Below, in pieces: positions 52,860 to 64,000 of a stretch of 64,000 nucleotides of DNA; position 1 is the stretch's first letter; every line of letters starts with the position of its first letter. This stretch comes from Squalus acanthias. Lineage: Eukaryota. Below the pieces are notes generated by a model that worked only from the letters and a program-made list of their open reading frames with translations, made no database searches and was not told where the DNA came from. Where the stretch lies: positions 25,856,001 through 25,920,000 of the forward strand of contig CM059432.1 in assembly GCA_030390025.1 (NCBI GenBank). Direction: 5' to 3'. The position numbers and the translations under genes are program-made.

Positions 52860-54500
52860 ATGGCCATGCCTATGGGAATAATAGGGTCCTTGGGTGAGTT
52901 CCATCATGACCGAGAGACTTTCGGAGCGTATGTGGAGCGGCTAGAAATGTTTTTCACTGCGAATAGTATTGTCGAAGTCCCCGATGATGTAAACCGTAAC
53001 CCGGCGGTTTTAGAAATGAGGCTATTTCTTTTGACTGAAGCAGGCCCCCAGGTGTATAAAACCTTGAAAAATGTGTTTGTTCCCGCCAAGCCGAAGGACA
53101 CGCCACTGAAGGAGATCCTAACCAAGTTAGAACAGCACTACAGTCCTGAGCCCCTGGAAATTGCTGAAAGTTTTGGAACATGCGATCAATTAAATGACGA
53201 GGGTATCAGTGAGTACATTGTAGCATTAAAAAAGCTATCCATTCACTGTCATTTCGGAAACTTTCAGGACCAAGCTTTGCGTGACCGCTTTGTTTGTAGG
53301 TTGAAAAATGAACGTATGAAAAGTAAATTGTTGACAACCCCTAACTTGACTTTTGATTTAGCTTGTCAGACAGCTATGTCGATGGATATGGCTGACCGAT
53401 ACTCCCCAGAGTTCCGCACCATTTCCAGTTGTCAGACAACTGAGGTGAATTGGCTGCAGGCTAAAAGTAAAAGGCAGTTGGTCCCCAAGGCCTCAGCAAC
53501 TGGCCAAGGTAACAGTGCATTGACGTCGTGCTATCGGTGCCTGGGATAACACATCACTCAAAGCTGTCCATATGTGAAGGCAGAGGCCGGGATCTTACCT
53601 AAGGAGGCGCGTTGGGAGCGGGACTGCTGGTTTCCAGGTTCTAGTCCCGCCCCCAGCGACGTCTGATAAATAAACGCTATTTTCCCTTGATTGGCCTTTT
53701 AAAGCCCACCCTGCAGGCTTGCCAGCCAATTAAGGGAAAGCCAGTGTCAGATGACGTCAGTGCATGACGCTTCATCTGCCGGTTTTGTTAAAGGGACAGG
53801 CACCATAATTTTTTGACAGATGAATTGTCAGTGTTTGACAGCATTGAGGTGCTGTCAAACACTGACAATCACTGTCCAAAGGTGAGCCCTTGCTCCCAGG
53901 CTCACCAATGATACTCTCCTTAGGAGAAAACAGATGGCAGCTGCATGTGAGATTGCAGAAGCCATCTGTCAATTCTGCCGATCAGATGAGGCTTCACAGA
54001 AACATCAAATCTTGTCACCTGCAGATATATATAAACATAATAAAAATATTTCTCACTACATTCTCTCACCTGTCATACTTACCTGTGCACCATTGCACCT
54101 ATCACACTACCTCTGCAGCTGTCATTTGCACACTTACACTGCAGCAGACCCACAGCTCGCCTCGCTGACCCTGGCGGGGTTTCCCGCTGTCGGGAAGCTC
54201 GCATCAGCAGGCTGAAAATGGGGAAAAGTCTCTTAACTGCCTGTTAACTACCTGTTAACAGACAGTTAATTGGCTCTAATCCCCTCCCCGCCGCTAGGAG
54301 ACGGGTCCCTGTGCGAGTCGGGGACCCGCATCCTGGGAAGATGGTTCGGAGGCGGGTTGGGTGCGGGGTTGGGACCCGCTCCCAATTTTTCCCATTTTCC
54401 CAGCAGTCCCGCCTCCAAACCCACCTCCTCAGGGCTGGGAAAATCCAGCCCAGAGTGTTTCCACTGAAAGAAAACTGGGCATCTTGCGAAGGCGTGCCGA
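52860..54500 (+). pseudogene. Gypsy gag with two CCHC knuckles, split by a MITE
   Basis: IGSLGEF...YVERLEMFFTAN...LRDRFVC; CYRCLG*H...C then CFH*KKTGHLAKAC after the insert. Confidence 0.88.
53585..54451. mobile_element. Short Harbinger derivative (family of 12758 and 35238)
   Basis: TSD AGA; termini colinear with 12758-13090 and 14060-14312. Confidence 0.85.
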
Positions 54501-54579
54501 CAGAAGAGTAAACCGACTGGCAATGCTAGAAGTAGAAATGGCCAGACACTACATACCATTGGAGAGAAGCAGCAGGATG

Positions 54580-57500
54580 AGAAGTTTCTGGAGATTCATG
54601 TCATCAGGAGCACGAAGGTATCTAACAGCGATTCGCGAGGCATCGTCATCCAAGTAGATGTCGCAGGAACCAGGATACCCATGGAAATCGACACTGGTGC
54701 ATCCGTGAGCGTAGTACCGGAATCGCTATATCGTGACAAGTTGCATGATTATCGACTAGAGAAATCGAAGGTAGAGCTGCGAGGCTACACAGGACAGCAA
54801 ATCCCTGCAGTAGGACTGTCACCAGACCAGTGAAATACAAGAATCAGTGTCAGAGCTTGCCTCTCATAATAGTGGCAGGAGACAAGCCTGCCTTGATAGG
54901 TAGAAATTGGTTGGGATCACTGAAGCTGGATTGGAATGAGATTTTACATGTGGAAGCAATATTTGCATCGAAAGATGATGTCATCAAGCAGTATCCGAAG
55001 GTGTTCAGCGAAATGGGCAGTCCGATCCAAGACTTCAAGGCGAGTGTCATAGTGCAGAAGGACGCAAGCTACGTCCCATACTATACGCACTCAAGGAGAA
55101 AGGTGAGCAAGAACTCAAAAGACTAGAAACTGAGAACATTATCTCTAAGGTAGATCTGAGTAATTGGGCTACACCCATTGTTGTAGTACCTAAGTCAGTT
55201 GGTAAGATAAGGTTGTGTGGTGATTACAAGGTAACCGTAAACCAGGTTCTAGAGTGTAATCTATCCAATACGTTGCCAAATGTGGAAGATTTGTTCACTA
55301 TGCTGACAGGTGGCCAGATCTTTTTGAAGTTAGATCTAACAAACGCCTACCTACAACTTGAGTTAGATGAAGAGTCCAAGTCATGCTTGGCTATAAATAC
55401 TCACCAAGGCCTATGTCAGTTCAATAGGCTACCATTTGGAGTGTCTTCTGCCCCCAACATATTCCAGGGGGTGATGAACCAAATTTTGCAAGGGATTGAA
55501 GGGGTAGTGTGTTATTTGGATGACATACTCATTTCAGCACCAAACAGGCAAATCCATGATGAGGTGTTGAATGAAGTGCTCAAACGGCTAGAGAAGCACG
55601 GAGTACAAGTGACAGCTCACAAGTGTTAGTTGTTTCAAAACTCAGTGGAGTACTTAGGGCACAGAGTAGACAAAGATGGTTTACATCCACTCAAGGGAAA
55701 GCTGGATGCAATCAGAAATGCACCCACTCCCAAGTATGTCTCTGAACTTTGATCATTTTTGGGTCTTTTGAATTATTACAGAAAGTTCCTCCCAAACTTG
55801 GCTACATTGTTACATCCACTGAATGAGCTGTTGAGATAACAGGTCCCTTGGAAGTGGTCAAAAGAATGTGACACAGCATTCAAAGAGTGTAAAAGCCAGT
55901 TGTTTGGTCATAAGTTTACCATAGTTACTGACCATAAGCCCCTGACAGCAATCCTCCATCCAAAGTCTCCAGTTCCAACCTTAGCTGCAACCCGAATGCA
56001 GAGATGGGCTTTGATTTTGTCAGCGTATACGTATGACATTGAGTACAGATGATTAGCTGATCACAGTAATGCTGATGCCAAGTCCAGGTTGCCATCCCCA
56101 TCACAACTTACACCCAATAAGGAAGAAGTGTTCTAGTTCTCATACATTGATGAGCTGCCAGACACAGCTGAAGAGATTGGTAGGGCAACCAAACGTGACC
56201 CAATTATGTCAAAGATGTATGATTACATAGCAAATGGATGGCCAAACCAGATATCAGAGGAAGATATCCATCCATACTTCATTCGTAGGAATGAATTGTC
56301 AGTGGATAAATATTGGCCCAAAAATTCGTGCGGAAGCCTTCGTGCGAGGGTAAGGCTTCCCCGCGATCTCTCACTGCGCGTTGGCTTTTTCAGTTCCAGC
56401 TCGCATGAACTTGATGTGCTGGACAGCTGCTGTGCAGTGCTTTCGTATCCCACAGGCGTAGTTAATTCGTGCGAGCTGTGGGATCACGTGACTCAGTTAG
56501 AGCCAATGGCAGCACACCATCTTCCATTCATAACTTTCACATAAGTGCTGTGAAAGCTATGAATACTATAGCCCCCCAAAAGAACAGCTAAACCTCAATT
56601 AAATTTTTAAAAAAAACCATCACATTAATAAAATAAGTATAGTTAAATAAATTAACCATTTTAAATAAAAAATTAAATTTTTGAAAAAATTTAAAATCTT
56701 TTAAAAAGTTATAAAAATAAACTTACCTGTCTTTAAAGTCTCTAAAAAAGATATACCTATTAAAAAAAATTCAAAATAATACTTAATTCACTACTTACCT
56801 TGTTAAAAGTGGGTCTTACTCCTCCTTTTTTTATGTGTAAAATCTTCCATACTTACCTGCGCGTTGAAACCACTAAGTGCACTGCATGCGCGCAGCCTGT
56901 AGCGTGCACGCAGTTCACCTAGGAACCGCCCCCTTTTCCATTCACCAAGTGCCGGTTTTCAGCGCATGCACAGTGCATGCAGAAAACCGGCAATTGGAGA
57001 CAGAATACGCGAGAGTACACAGTGCGTTACATCATGTGGGGAGCAAGAGTGGTTATCCCAAATAGGTTCAGGTCTAAATTGTTAGGAGATCTTCATGACC
57101 AGTATTTGGGAATGTGCTTGACCAAGAGCTTTGCACGCAGTTACTTATGGTGGCCAGATTTAGATAAAGAGATAGAGTACATAGTCAGTCAGTGTACAAC
57201 ATGTCAATCAGTGAGCAAGAAACCACCAACAGTACCATTACAGCCATGGAAATGGCCTCCCAGTGTGTGGCAAAGGTTACATGTAGATTTTGCTGAGTTA
57301 GAAGGGCAGCAATTGTTCATAGTGATATGTAGTCACTTGAAGTGGGTAGAGGTGTTTCCGATGCGGATAATAACAATAAGCAAATGTTGTATCCAAATCC
57401 AAACAAACGTCAGTTGTCACTGGACTACAAACTGGCAAATTTCCTGATTACCTATCGGAATACTCCTCATACCACTACTGGTAGAAAACCAGCAGAGTTG

Positions 57501-58118
57501 TTTCTCAAACGACAGCCACGAACCAGGTTCTCGTTGTTAAAGCCAAACTTGGCACAGTCCGTAGAAGAGAAACAATAAAGGCAGAAAGAGAGTCATGATA
57601 AAGGTAGAGTTAGAGAGAGAAGTGTGAAGTTGAACTAGAAGGTTAGAGTGAAGAACCATCACCATAAATGGTTAAAGTGGTTACCGGGAAGGGTAGTGAA
57701 GATATGTGGCCCTCGTACATATTTGGTCAAGATGTTTGATCATGGAAAGGTTAGGTTTGTTCACATTGATCATATCTTATCTACAGATGTGGAAGGAGTT
57801 GAAAGCTGGGATGATTCAATTTATTCTGATGAGTCAGATAGTCTTGTTACAAGTAGAGTACCAGTAGCAAATCCTACATCAGACGTACCAGAAACAAGTC
57901 CAAGACAAAGTCAGAATTTAAATCTGAGCCCGAGTCAGGCAGACAAACAGTCTGAAAGTGTAAAGAGTCCAAATGTAGATCAAGGTCAGCCCTTGGAGAA
58001 AAATTCTCCGCAGGCTCAGCCTAGAATGAGCCAAAGTCCTACAAGATCTGAAAGTTCTGTTCAAGAAAGAAGGTATCCTCTTCGAAACAGAAAACCAGTG
58101 GTTAAGTTTAATCTGTAA
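54580..58118 (+). pseudogene. Gypsy pol (protease, RT, truncated RNase H and integrase)
   Basis: EIDTGAS; WATPIVVVPK, CGDYK, LDLTNAY, RLPFG, YLDD; HHCC region (LHDQY..WWP..CTTC); RLHVDFA; YRNTPHTTTG; stops and deletions throughout. Confidence 0.92.
56315..57025. mobile_element. MITE-C copy 2 in Gypsy pol; right TIR missing
   Basis: Colinear with 16814-17545; pol reads ELSVDK | IMWGARVVIP across it. Confidence 0.85.
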
Positions 58119-58280
58119 ATATGGAAAATAAGTTCATATCTTTTGTTTCTGTTACAGAATTCTATAGTAGAATTTGGAAACATAAAATGGGCTCCATTTG
58201 AGAAATGTATACCAAGAGTTGCGTGCACCAGGCAAGTCATATACAATGATTATTTGCTATGATCTATAAGGAGGGAGAAG

Positions 58281-58387
58281 TGTAATAGAGCCACCTGGTG
58301 GACTACTGATGTATATAATAATAAATCCATGAGCAGTACAGTTCTTACTCCCGGAAGCCATGTTGTGCTGTGTCTCAAGATATCACA
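58281..58387 (+). repeat. 3' LTR (107 bp)
   Basis: Follows the PPT and is followed by the TSD CATTC. Confidence 0.95.
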
Positions 58388-58519
58388 CATTCTCGCTAGG
58401 CGTAGGGGGTTAAAATCACGGCCATCCTGTTTGAGTCATCACTGAATATTTGAAAGAGATTCTGAAGATTGATAGTCCACGGGAAGATATCTCACAAGAA
58501 CTGCAGCAAAGGATAAAGA

Positions 58520-58820
58520 TGAAGCTCAGCTGGTAAATTCACTGTTCATTGTAGAACTGAACCAGCTGTGTTGTGATGAGTCAGTTGATCTCAGAGTGGC
58601 AGTGAGGTAGGTACAATTGGTCTAATTGCCCAGGGCTAGGCCAGGGAGAAAATATCAGTAGAACATCCTGCTCTTGATCATTACCCAGTGACTCCTTCTG
58701 GAAAGTTCAAATGTGCAGATGTCAGACAAGGAGAGCATTGGACTCAGCTCTGATGCCCCTGTCAACATTTATTGCCTCAGCTCACATCTATAGAATGGCC
58801 ACTCGGGCAGTGTTTCTGGA
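58520..58820 (+). mobile_element. Old tRNA-derived SINE (AmnSINE2-like by recall)
   Basis: gctcagctggtaaattcactg head; ccagtgac.cc.ctggaaag and gaatggccact motifs recur in about eight diverged copies in the window. Confidence 0.55.
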
Positions 58821-59464
58821 TCTTAGTATGGGTTAGCGCCTTCCTGAGAGGAATGGACTGGAGGAAAACAAAGACCAGGTGTGACAACCTAATGAGGAAG
58901 GTTTTCCCTGGTGACTATTTTCAGCGAAAGTATAAACACCTTCTAAAACTCGTAAACAAGTGGTTTAAAAAGAAGACTGGAGTTAGCACAAAGGAAATCT
59001 TTCCTCTACGTTTGCAGCAGGGGTGAACCAAAAATGCAGAGAGTACAGTAGTCTGGTTGGACCAGCAAACCTGTTGTGAGTTCAGTTCCAATAGTTTTAG
59101 TGCCTGTTGTTTTCTGAATATTGCACTCAAAAAAGAAGAGTTTTTTATATTTATTCTTGGGATGTGGACAGTATTTATTGACCTGGCAAGTTGTGAAATC
59201 GAATTCAATAAAGTCTGGTAATTTGAGAACTGGCACCAGAAAGAAATGGCCATGAAAGCTGCCGGATTGTTGTAAAAACACAACTACATCACTAATGTCC
59301 TTCAGGAAAGGGAACCTGTCACCCCTATCCAGTCTGGCTTACATGAGACTCCAGTCCCACACTATGTGCTTGAATCTTAATTCTCCTAGGACAACTAGGG
59401 ATGGGCATTAAATACTGCCTTGCCAGCACCGTCCACATCCCAAAAACCAATAAAAAAAATTCTT

Positions 59465-61361
59465 GCCCCACGGAACTTATCTCTTCCTATCTCGACTCTA
59501 TTTTTTCTCCCCTTGTCCAGTCTCTTCCCACCTACATCTGCGACTCTTCTGACGCCCTCCGCCACTTTAACAGTTTCCAGTTTCCTGGCCCCAACCGCCT
59601 CCTTTTCACTATGGACGTACAATCCCTCTACACCTCCATCTCCCACCAGGATGGCCTGAGGGCACTCCGCTTCTTCCTTGAACAGAGGCTCAACCAGTCT
59701 CCATCCACCAGCACCCTCCTCCACCTGGCTGAACTTGTTCTCACATTGAACAACTTCTCCGTTGAATCCACTCATTTCCTCCAAATCAAAGGTGTTGCTA
59801 TGGGGATCCGCATGGGTCCTAGCTATGCCTGCCTTTTTGTGGGATATTTGAAACACTCTTTGTTCCAGTCCTACTCGGGTCCCCTCCCTCACCTCTTTTT
59901 CCGGTACATTGATGACTGTATCAGTGCCATTTCCTGCTCTCGCCCTGAACTAGACAATTTCATTCACTTTGCCTCCAATTTCCACCCTTCCCTCACCTTC
60001 ACATGGTCCATCTCCGACTCTTCCCTTCCCTTCCTCGACTTCTCCGTCTCCATCTCTGGGGATAGGTTATTGATCAACATTCACTACAAGCCCACTGACT
60101 CCCACAGCTACCTGGACTACACTTCCTCCACCCCGCCTCCTGTAAGGACTCTATTCCATTCTCCCAGTTTCTCCGCCTCTGCCGCATCTGCTCCGACGAT
60201 GCCACCTTCCATACCAGTGCTTCCGACATGTCTTCCTTTTTCCTCAACCGAGGATTCCCCTCTACCGTGGTTGACACGGCCCTCGACCGTGTCCGTTCTA
60301 TCTCCCGCACTTCTGCCCTCACCCCTGCCCCTCCCTCCCGGAACCACGATAGAGTTCCCCTTGTCCTCACCTTCCACCCCACCTGCCTCCACATTCAACG
60401 GATCACCCTCCGCCATTTCCGCCACCTCCAATGTGATCCCACCACCAAACGCATCTTCCCCTCACCTCCCCTTTCAGCATTTCGTAGGGACTGCTCCCTC
60501 CGAGACACCCTAGTCCACTCCTCTATCACCCCCAGCACCCCTTCCCCCTCGCCCAGCACCTTCTCGTGCAAGCGCAGGAGATGCAACACCTGCCCTTATA
60601 CCTCCCCCCTTCCCACTCTCCAGGGCCCCAAACACCCCTTCCAGGTGAAACAGCGATTTACTTGTACTTCTTGCAATCTAGTATAGTGTATTTGCTGCTC
60701 ACGATGTGGTCTCCTCTACATTGGGGAGAGCAAACGCAGATTGGGTGACCGCTTTGCGGAACACCTCCGTTCAGTCCGTAAGGGTGACCCCGAGCTTCCG
60801 GTCGCTTGTCATTTTAATTCACCTCTCCACGCCCACTCAGACCTCACCGTCCTCGGCCTCTTGCATTGTTCCACGGAAGCTCAGCGTAAGCTCGAGGAAC
60901 AGCACCTCATCTTCCGATTAGGCACTTTACAGCATTCCGGACTCAATATTGAGTTCAACAATTTCAGATCATAACCTCGGCCCCTACCATATTTATATAT
61001 TTTTTATCCACACTTTTGGTTTGTGCCTTTTCTTTTTCTCTCTCCCACATGGCAGCTGTCTTTCATTCTGCCAGCGCATTTCACTCTTCATCTAGAGCCA
61101 TCTTTTGTTGCTTAACCTGTCCTATTGCCATCTCGTCTCGCCTTGAATATCTCTTAATGTCTCTTTACTTCTCACAGACCTTCCCTTTTGTTCTTTTATT
61201 CCCTCCCCCATTTCCCAGCCCCCAAACTTGCTTTTTCATCTGTTTCATTTCCTGCTTTTTTCTCAGCTCTGACGAAGCGTCTTCGACCTGAAACGTTAAC
61301 TCTGTTTCTCTCTCCACGGATGTTGCCTGGCCTGCTGAGTTTTTCCAGCGCTTTCTGTTGT
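59465..61361 (+). mobile_element. 5'-truncated Penelope-like element (RT plus GIY-YIG), frameshifted
   Basis: TMDVQSLYTSI, KGVAMG..MGPSYA, RYIDD, HYKPTD; CKRRRCNTC; LLYIGESKRRLGDRFAEH; GLN. 14-bp TSD TAAAAAAAATTCTT (59451-59464 and 61362-61375). Confidence 0.95.
61262..61305 (+). ncRNA. Minimal hammerhead ribozyme core in the Penelope tail
   Basis: CTGACGA-AG-C-GTC-TTC-GAC-CT-GAAAC-GTTAAC-TC. Confidence 0.7.
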
Positions 61362-61789
61362 TAAAAAAAATTCTTAGTTCAACTTTCAGAAAATAACAGG
61401 GATTAAAACTATAGGAACTGAGCAGAATCGTCTGAATAAGTGAAGGAGTTAAGGTCTATGTTGGTGGTTTACCAAAAGCACCATACAATAGCTAATGATG
61501 ATATCCTGAAAGCAATAGAGACTGAAGTCAAGAGACACAAGATCCTGATTCTTCCTTTGGGACATCGAAGCTATCACATTGTATCATTGTTGAATTGTTG
61601 TTATCCTGGGAATTCAAATTGCCACATTGTTTTTCGTTCCTATAAATTCACTGCAGAATACGAGGTGTGAGAGATGTAGTGACAGGCTATGAGCCCTCAC
61701 AGAGAGCCTAAAGACGAATAATGTATAATTTGCATGGTAACACTGGTGGCAGTGAGTTCACAGGTCAGTGTTAAGAACAAAAGAAAATC

Positions 61790-62840
61790 AGGGATGTAAA
61801 AAGGCCACTGCTCCCTAAAATCTCATCCTTCTGGCAATAACTCTCAGATTATTGCATCTAATTGTATTCTGAATAACCCCAATGTTTTTGCCTCTATTAT
61901 TTGGCGCAATAAATGGCTCCAAACATTTATTACTCTCAGTACAAAGGTTTTTCCTTTATTTTGAATTTACTGTTCACTAAATTTAATTTATCTTCTCTGA
62001 TTGTACTTTCCTCACGTACTTTGAAGTAATAATTTCTATTACTCTTAACCATTTAATATTTTATATACTTCAATGAGGTTCCCTCTTTATTCACCTCCAT
62101 TTTAGATGTTAAAGGTCAATCTTCTGTAATCTTTCTTTATACCTTTACACTTGGAATTAATCTTGTTCATCTTTTCTATTTCCAGCATTCTATGCTGTAG
62201 CATTGTCAGTAGAATTGAGCACAGTAGTCCAAGTGTGGTCAGACTGTGCATTGTAAAGCCTTTGTAGATTTTTACGGGTTGATTTTCCTCATCATTCAGT
62301 TCCAAAGCACGATGAAGTGGAAAAGGGGTGGTGACCTGCTCATTGGGTCTCCATCCGCTTTACATTGCCCTACAATTTCCAAGGCTCTTCATAGCAATCA
62401 GACTTGGGACTGCATCTGTAATAGGTGCAGACCCAGTAGCAATAGGAAAATGAAGTGTTGTCGGGCCTCTATTTTCTCTGCTTATGCTAATGGAATGCCC
62501 CAACAAGCTAGTGATGGGACTTGTACCAGGACCCTCTGGAACAGACTGAAGACTAACATATCCCAGATTAATTTCCATGTCTCCTTCAACCAATTCAATT
62601 TCATTAATTATATACTTCCGTACCACATTTTTTTTCAACCTGGTACTTTACATATTTAAATTCCATTTGCCTTTTGTCTGCCAACTTGCTTAACGCATCT
62701 AAATCAGGTTGCAAATCATTTCTGCATCTTGAGTCTCGATTGTTTTCTCTTTTTTTTTTGCATTAACAGCAATTCTCACCACTTTCTGTTGGTTTTGGTA
62801 GCCAGGTCTTTCACATCAATTATAAGCAACATGGGTACAA
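61790..62840 (-). mobile_element. Very old CR1-like 3' fragment
   Basis: gagcacagtagtccaagtgtggtc and aaattccatttgcc..ttgtctgcc resemble decayed CR1 RT C-terminal sequence. Confidence 0.45.
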
Positions 62841-62846
62841 GACCTG

Positions 62847-63795
62847 GGGCAGGTGTTTCTGATAGGTTGTGCTGGTTTTTTGAGCGCAAATCGCCCATAA
62901 TCAGCCAAACCAGCAAAAAAGATCGAGGAATTTCAAGCGCAAATTACATCCAGCGCAAATCGAGTTTCCGAGATATTTTACGCAAGTTTAAAAAAACTTT
63001 GCGCTAGAAGCTGGCCCCACACACAAAACTGGCCATGCCCCCCAGACTAATTTACTCACCATTGCAAGTTTCTGCTAATTGCGCCGGTTGGGTCCCTTTG
63101 AAGGAGGCCCTGAAAATTAAGCTTTTTTTGGCGCAAGGACACTAATAGGTATGTTTTAAAAGCTTTAAGTATTTCTTTTAATTTACTAAGAAACACCGAT
63201 ATAACTACAAAATATTGTGCGGGAAGCTGGCCCCGCCCACAAAACTGGCCATGCCCCCAGATCGAATTAATTAGCATGGCGAATTTCTGCCAATTGCGTT
63301 TGTTTGCGGTCCTTCGAAGAGGCTCTTAAAATGAAGCTTTTTTATTTTAGGTGCAAAGGCACGAATAGGCACCTTTAAAAAGTTTTTAAATATTAAAAAA
63401 TATTTGATTTACTAAGAAACTGACTAGTGTACACCAATGAAACTAGTAAATGGTTCTGTATTCTTTTTCAGTTTCAGTTATTTAAAATCGGGTTACTCAC
63501 AGTTGGTGGACTAGACACTCGGATTAAAAGTGCTTATTTTTTGTGAAAAACCCATTTTCAGCTCTATAAATAAAACTGCACCAACTTACCACACTTTATA
63601 TCAAGGAACATTTTTTTTTAATTACTTCCTAAAACGCTGCCCGATTACGCTGGTTCAAGGAAGATTTTACATTTAGTGATATGCAAATGACTTGAATGAA
63701 AACTTGAGCAATAAAAAACTTCTGGAATCTAGCGCAATTTTGAGCGCAATTTGCGCCCGGATCACCGATTGCACCCAAAGCGGAAACTCTTGGCC
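62847..63795. mobile_element. Harbinger-type MITE with an internal ~200-bp tandem duplication
   Basis: GGGCAGGTGTTTC...GAAACTCTTGGCC; probable TSD CTG; subterminal GCGCAA repeats. Another MITE begins at ~63845 and runs off the window. Confidence 0.75.
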
Positions 63796-64000
63796 CTGAT
63801 CTTTGCAGAATTTAATTTCACACGTCACTTCAGTCTGACATCAGGGTTGGGATTTTAACCCTCGCCCAGTGAGAATGGGGCATGGGAGGGGTTAAAATTT
63901 GAAAACTCTAACTCTCGGTTCGAATCCGCCACGTTTCCAGCCGCCATAATTAGTATGGCAGCGAAACATTCCATCGATGAGGCTCCCGCTAGTCAGATGG

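Larger units (their letters stand above)
52567..58387 (+). mobile_element. Gypsy LTR retrotransposon, Mag-like (K02A2.6-type), decayed
   Basis: Two TG..CA LTRs, TSD CATTC, PBS, PPT AAGGAGGGAGAAG (58268-58280), gag-PR-RT-(RH)-INT order. Confidence 0.95.

Noticed and set aside
61440..61670. Possible host exon (superficially annexin-like)
   Set aside because: No convincing splice sites or diagnostic motif, and no partner exons found.
1..64000. CRISPR array, rRNA or prokaryotic operon
   Set aside because: No repeat-spacer periodicity or rRNA motifs; the content is vertebrate transposons with spliceosomal introns.

Overview
Eukaryotic, repeat-dominated, apparently intronic or intergenic DNA, most likely from a shark or other elasmobranch (inferred from HE1-like and SacSINE1-like SINEs and the CR1 types). 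No host protein-coding exon could be supported. The window is a nested transposon landscape. (1) PIF/Harbinger DNA transposons: one full two-gene copy (7232-11312) with a HARBI1-like DDE transposase convergent with a 3-exon Myb/SANT gene, one copy that keeps a nearly intact Myb gene but has lost its transposase (35238-38470), and more than 10 deletion derivatives/MITEs with GG(G)...CC(C) ends, many with 3-bp TSDs. (2) CR1 LINEs, including a young 5'-truncated copy with an open RT frame. (3) A Mag-like Gypsy element with ~110-bp LTRs, a tRNA-Ser PBS and a 5-bp TSD, plus an unrelated solo LTR. (4) Penelope-like elements carrying minimal hammerhead ribozyme cores. (5) Three tRNA-derived SINE families. 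The most interesting signal is that the Harbinger derivatives repeatedly keep both inward-facing promoter/5'-UTR/start-codon modules of the parent while deleting the coding interior. All coordinates were read by eye; boundaries of old repeats are approximate.
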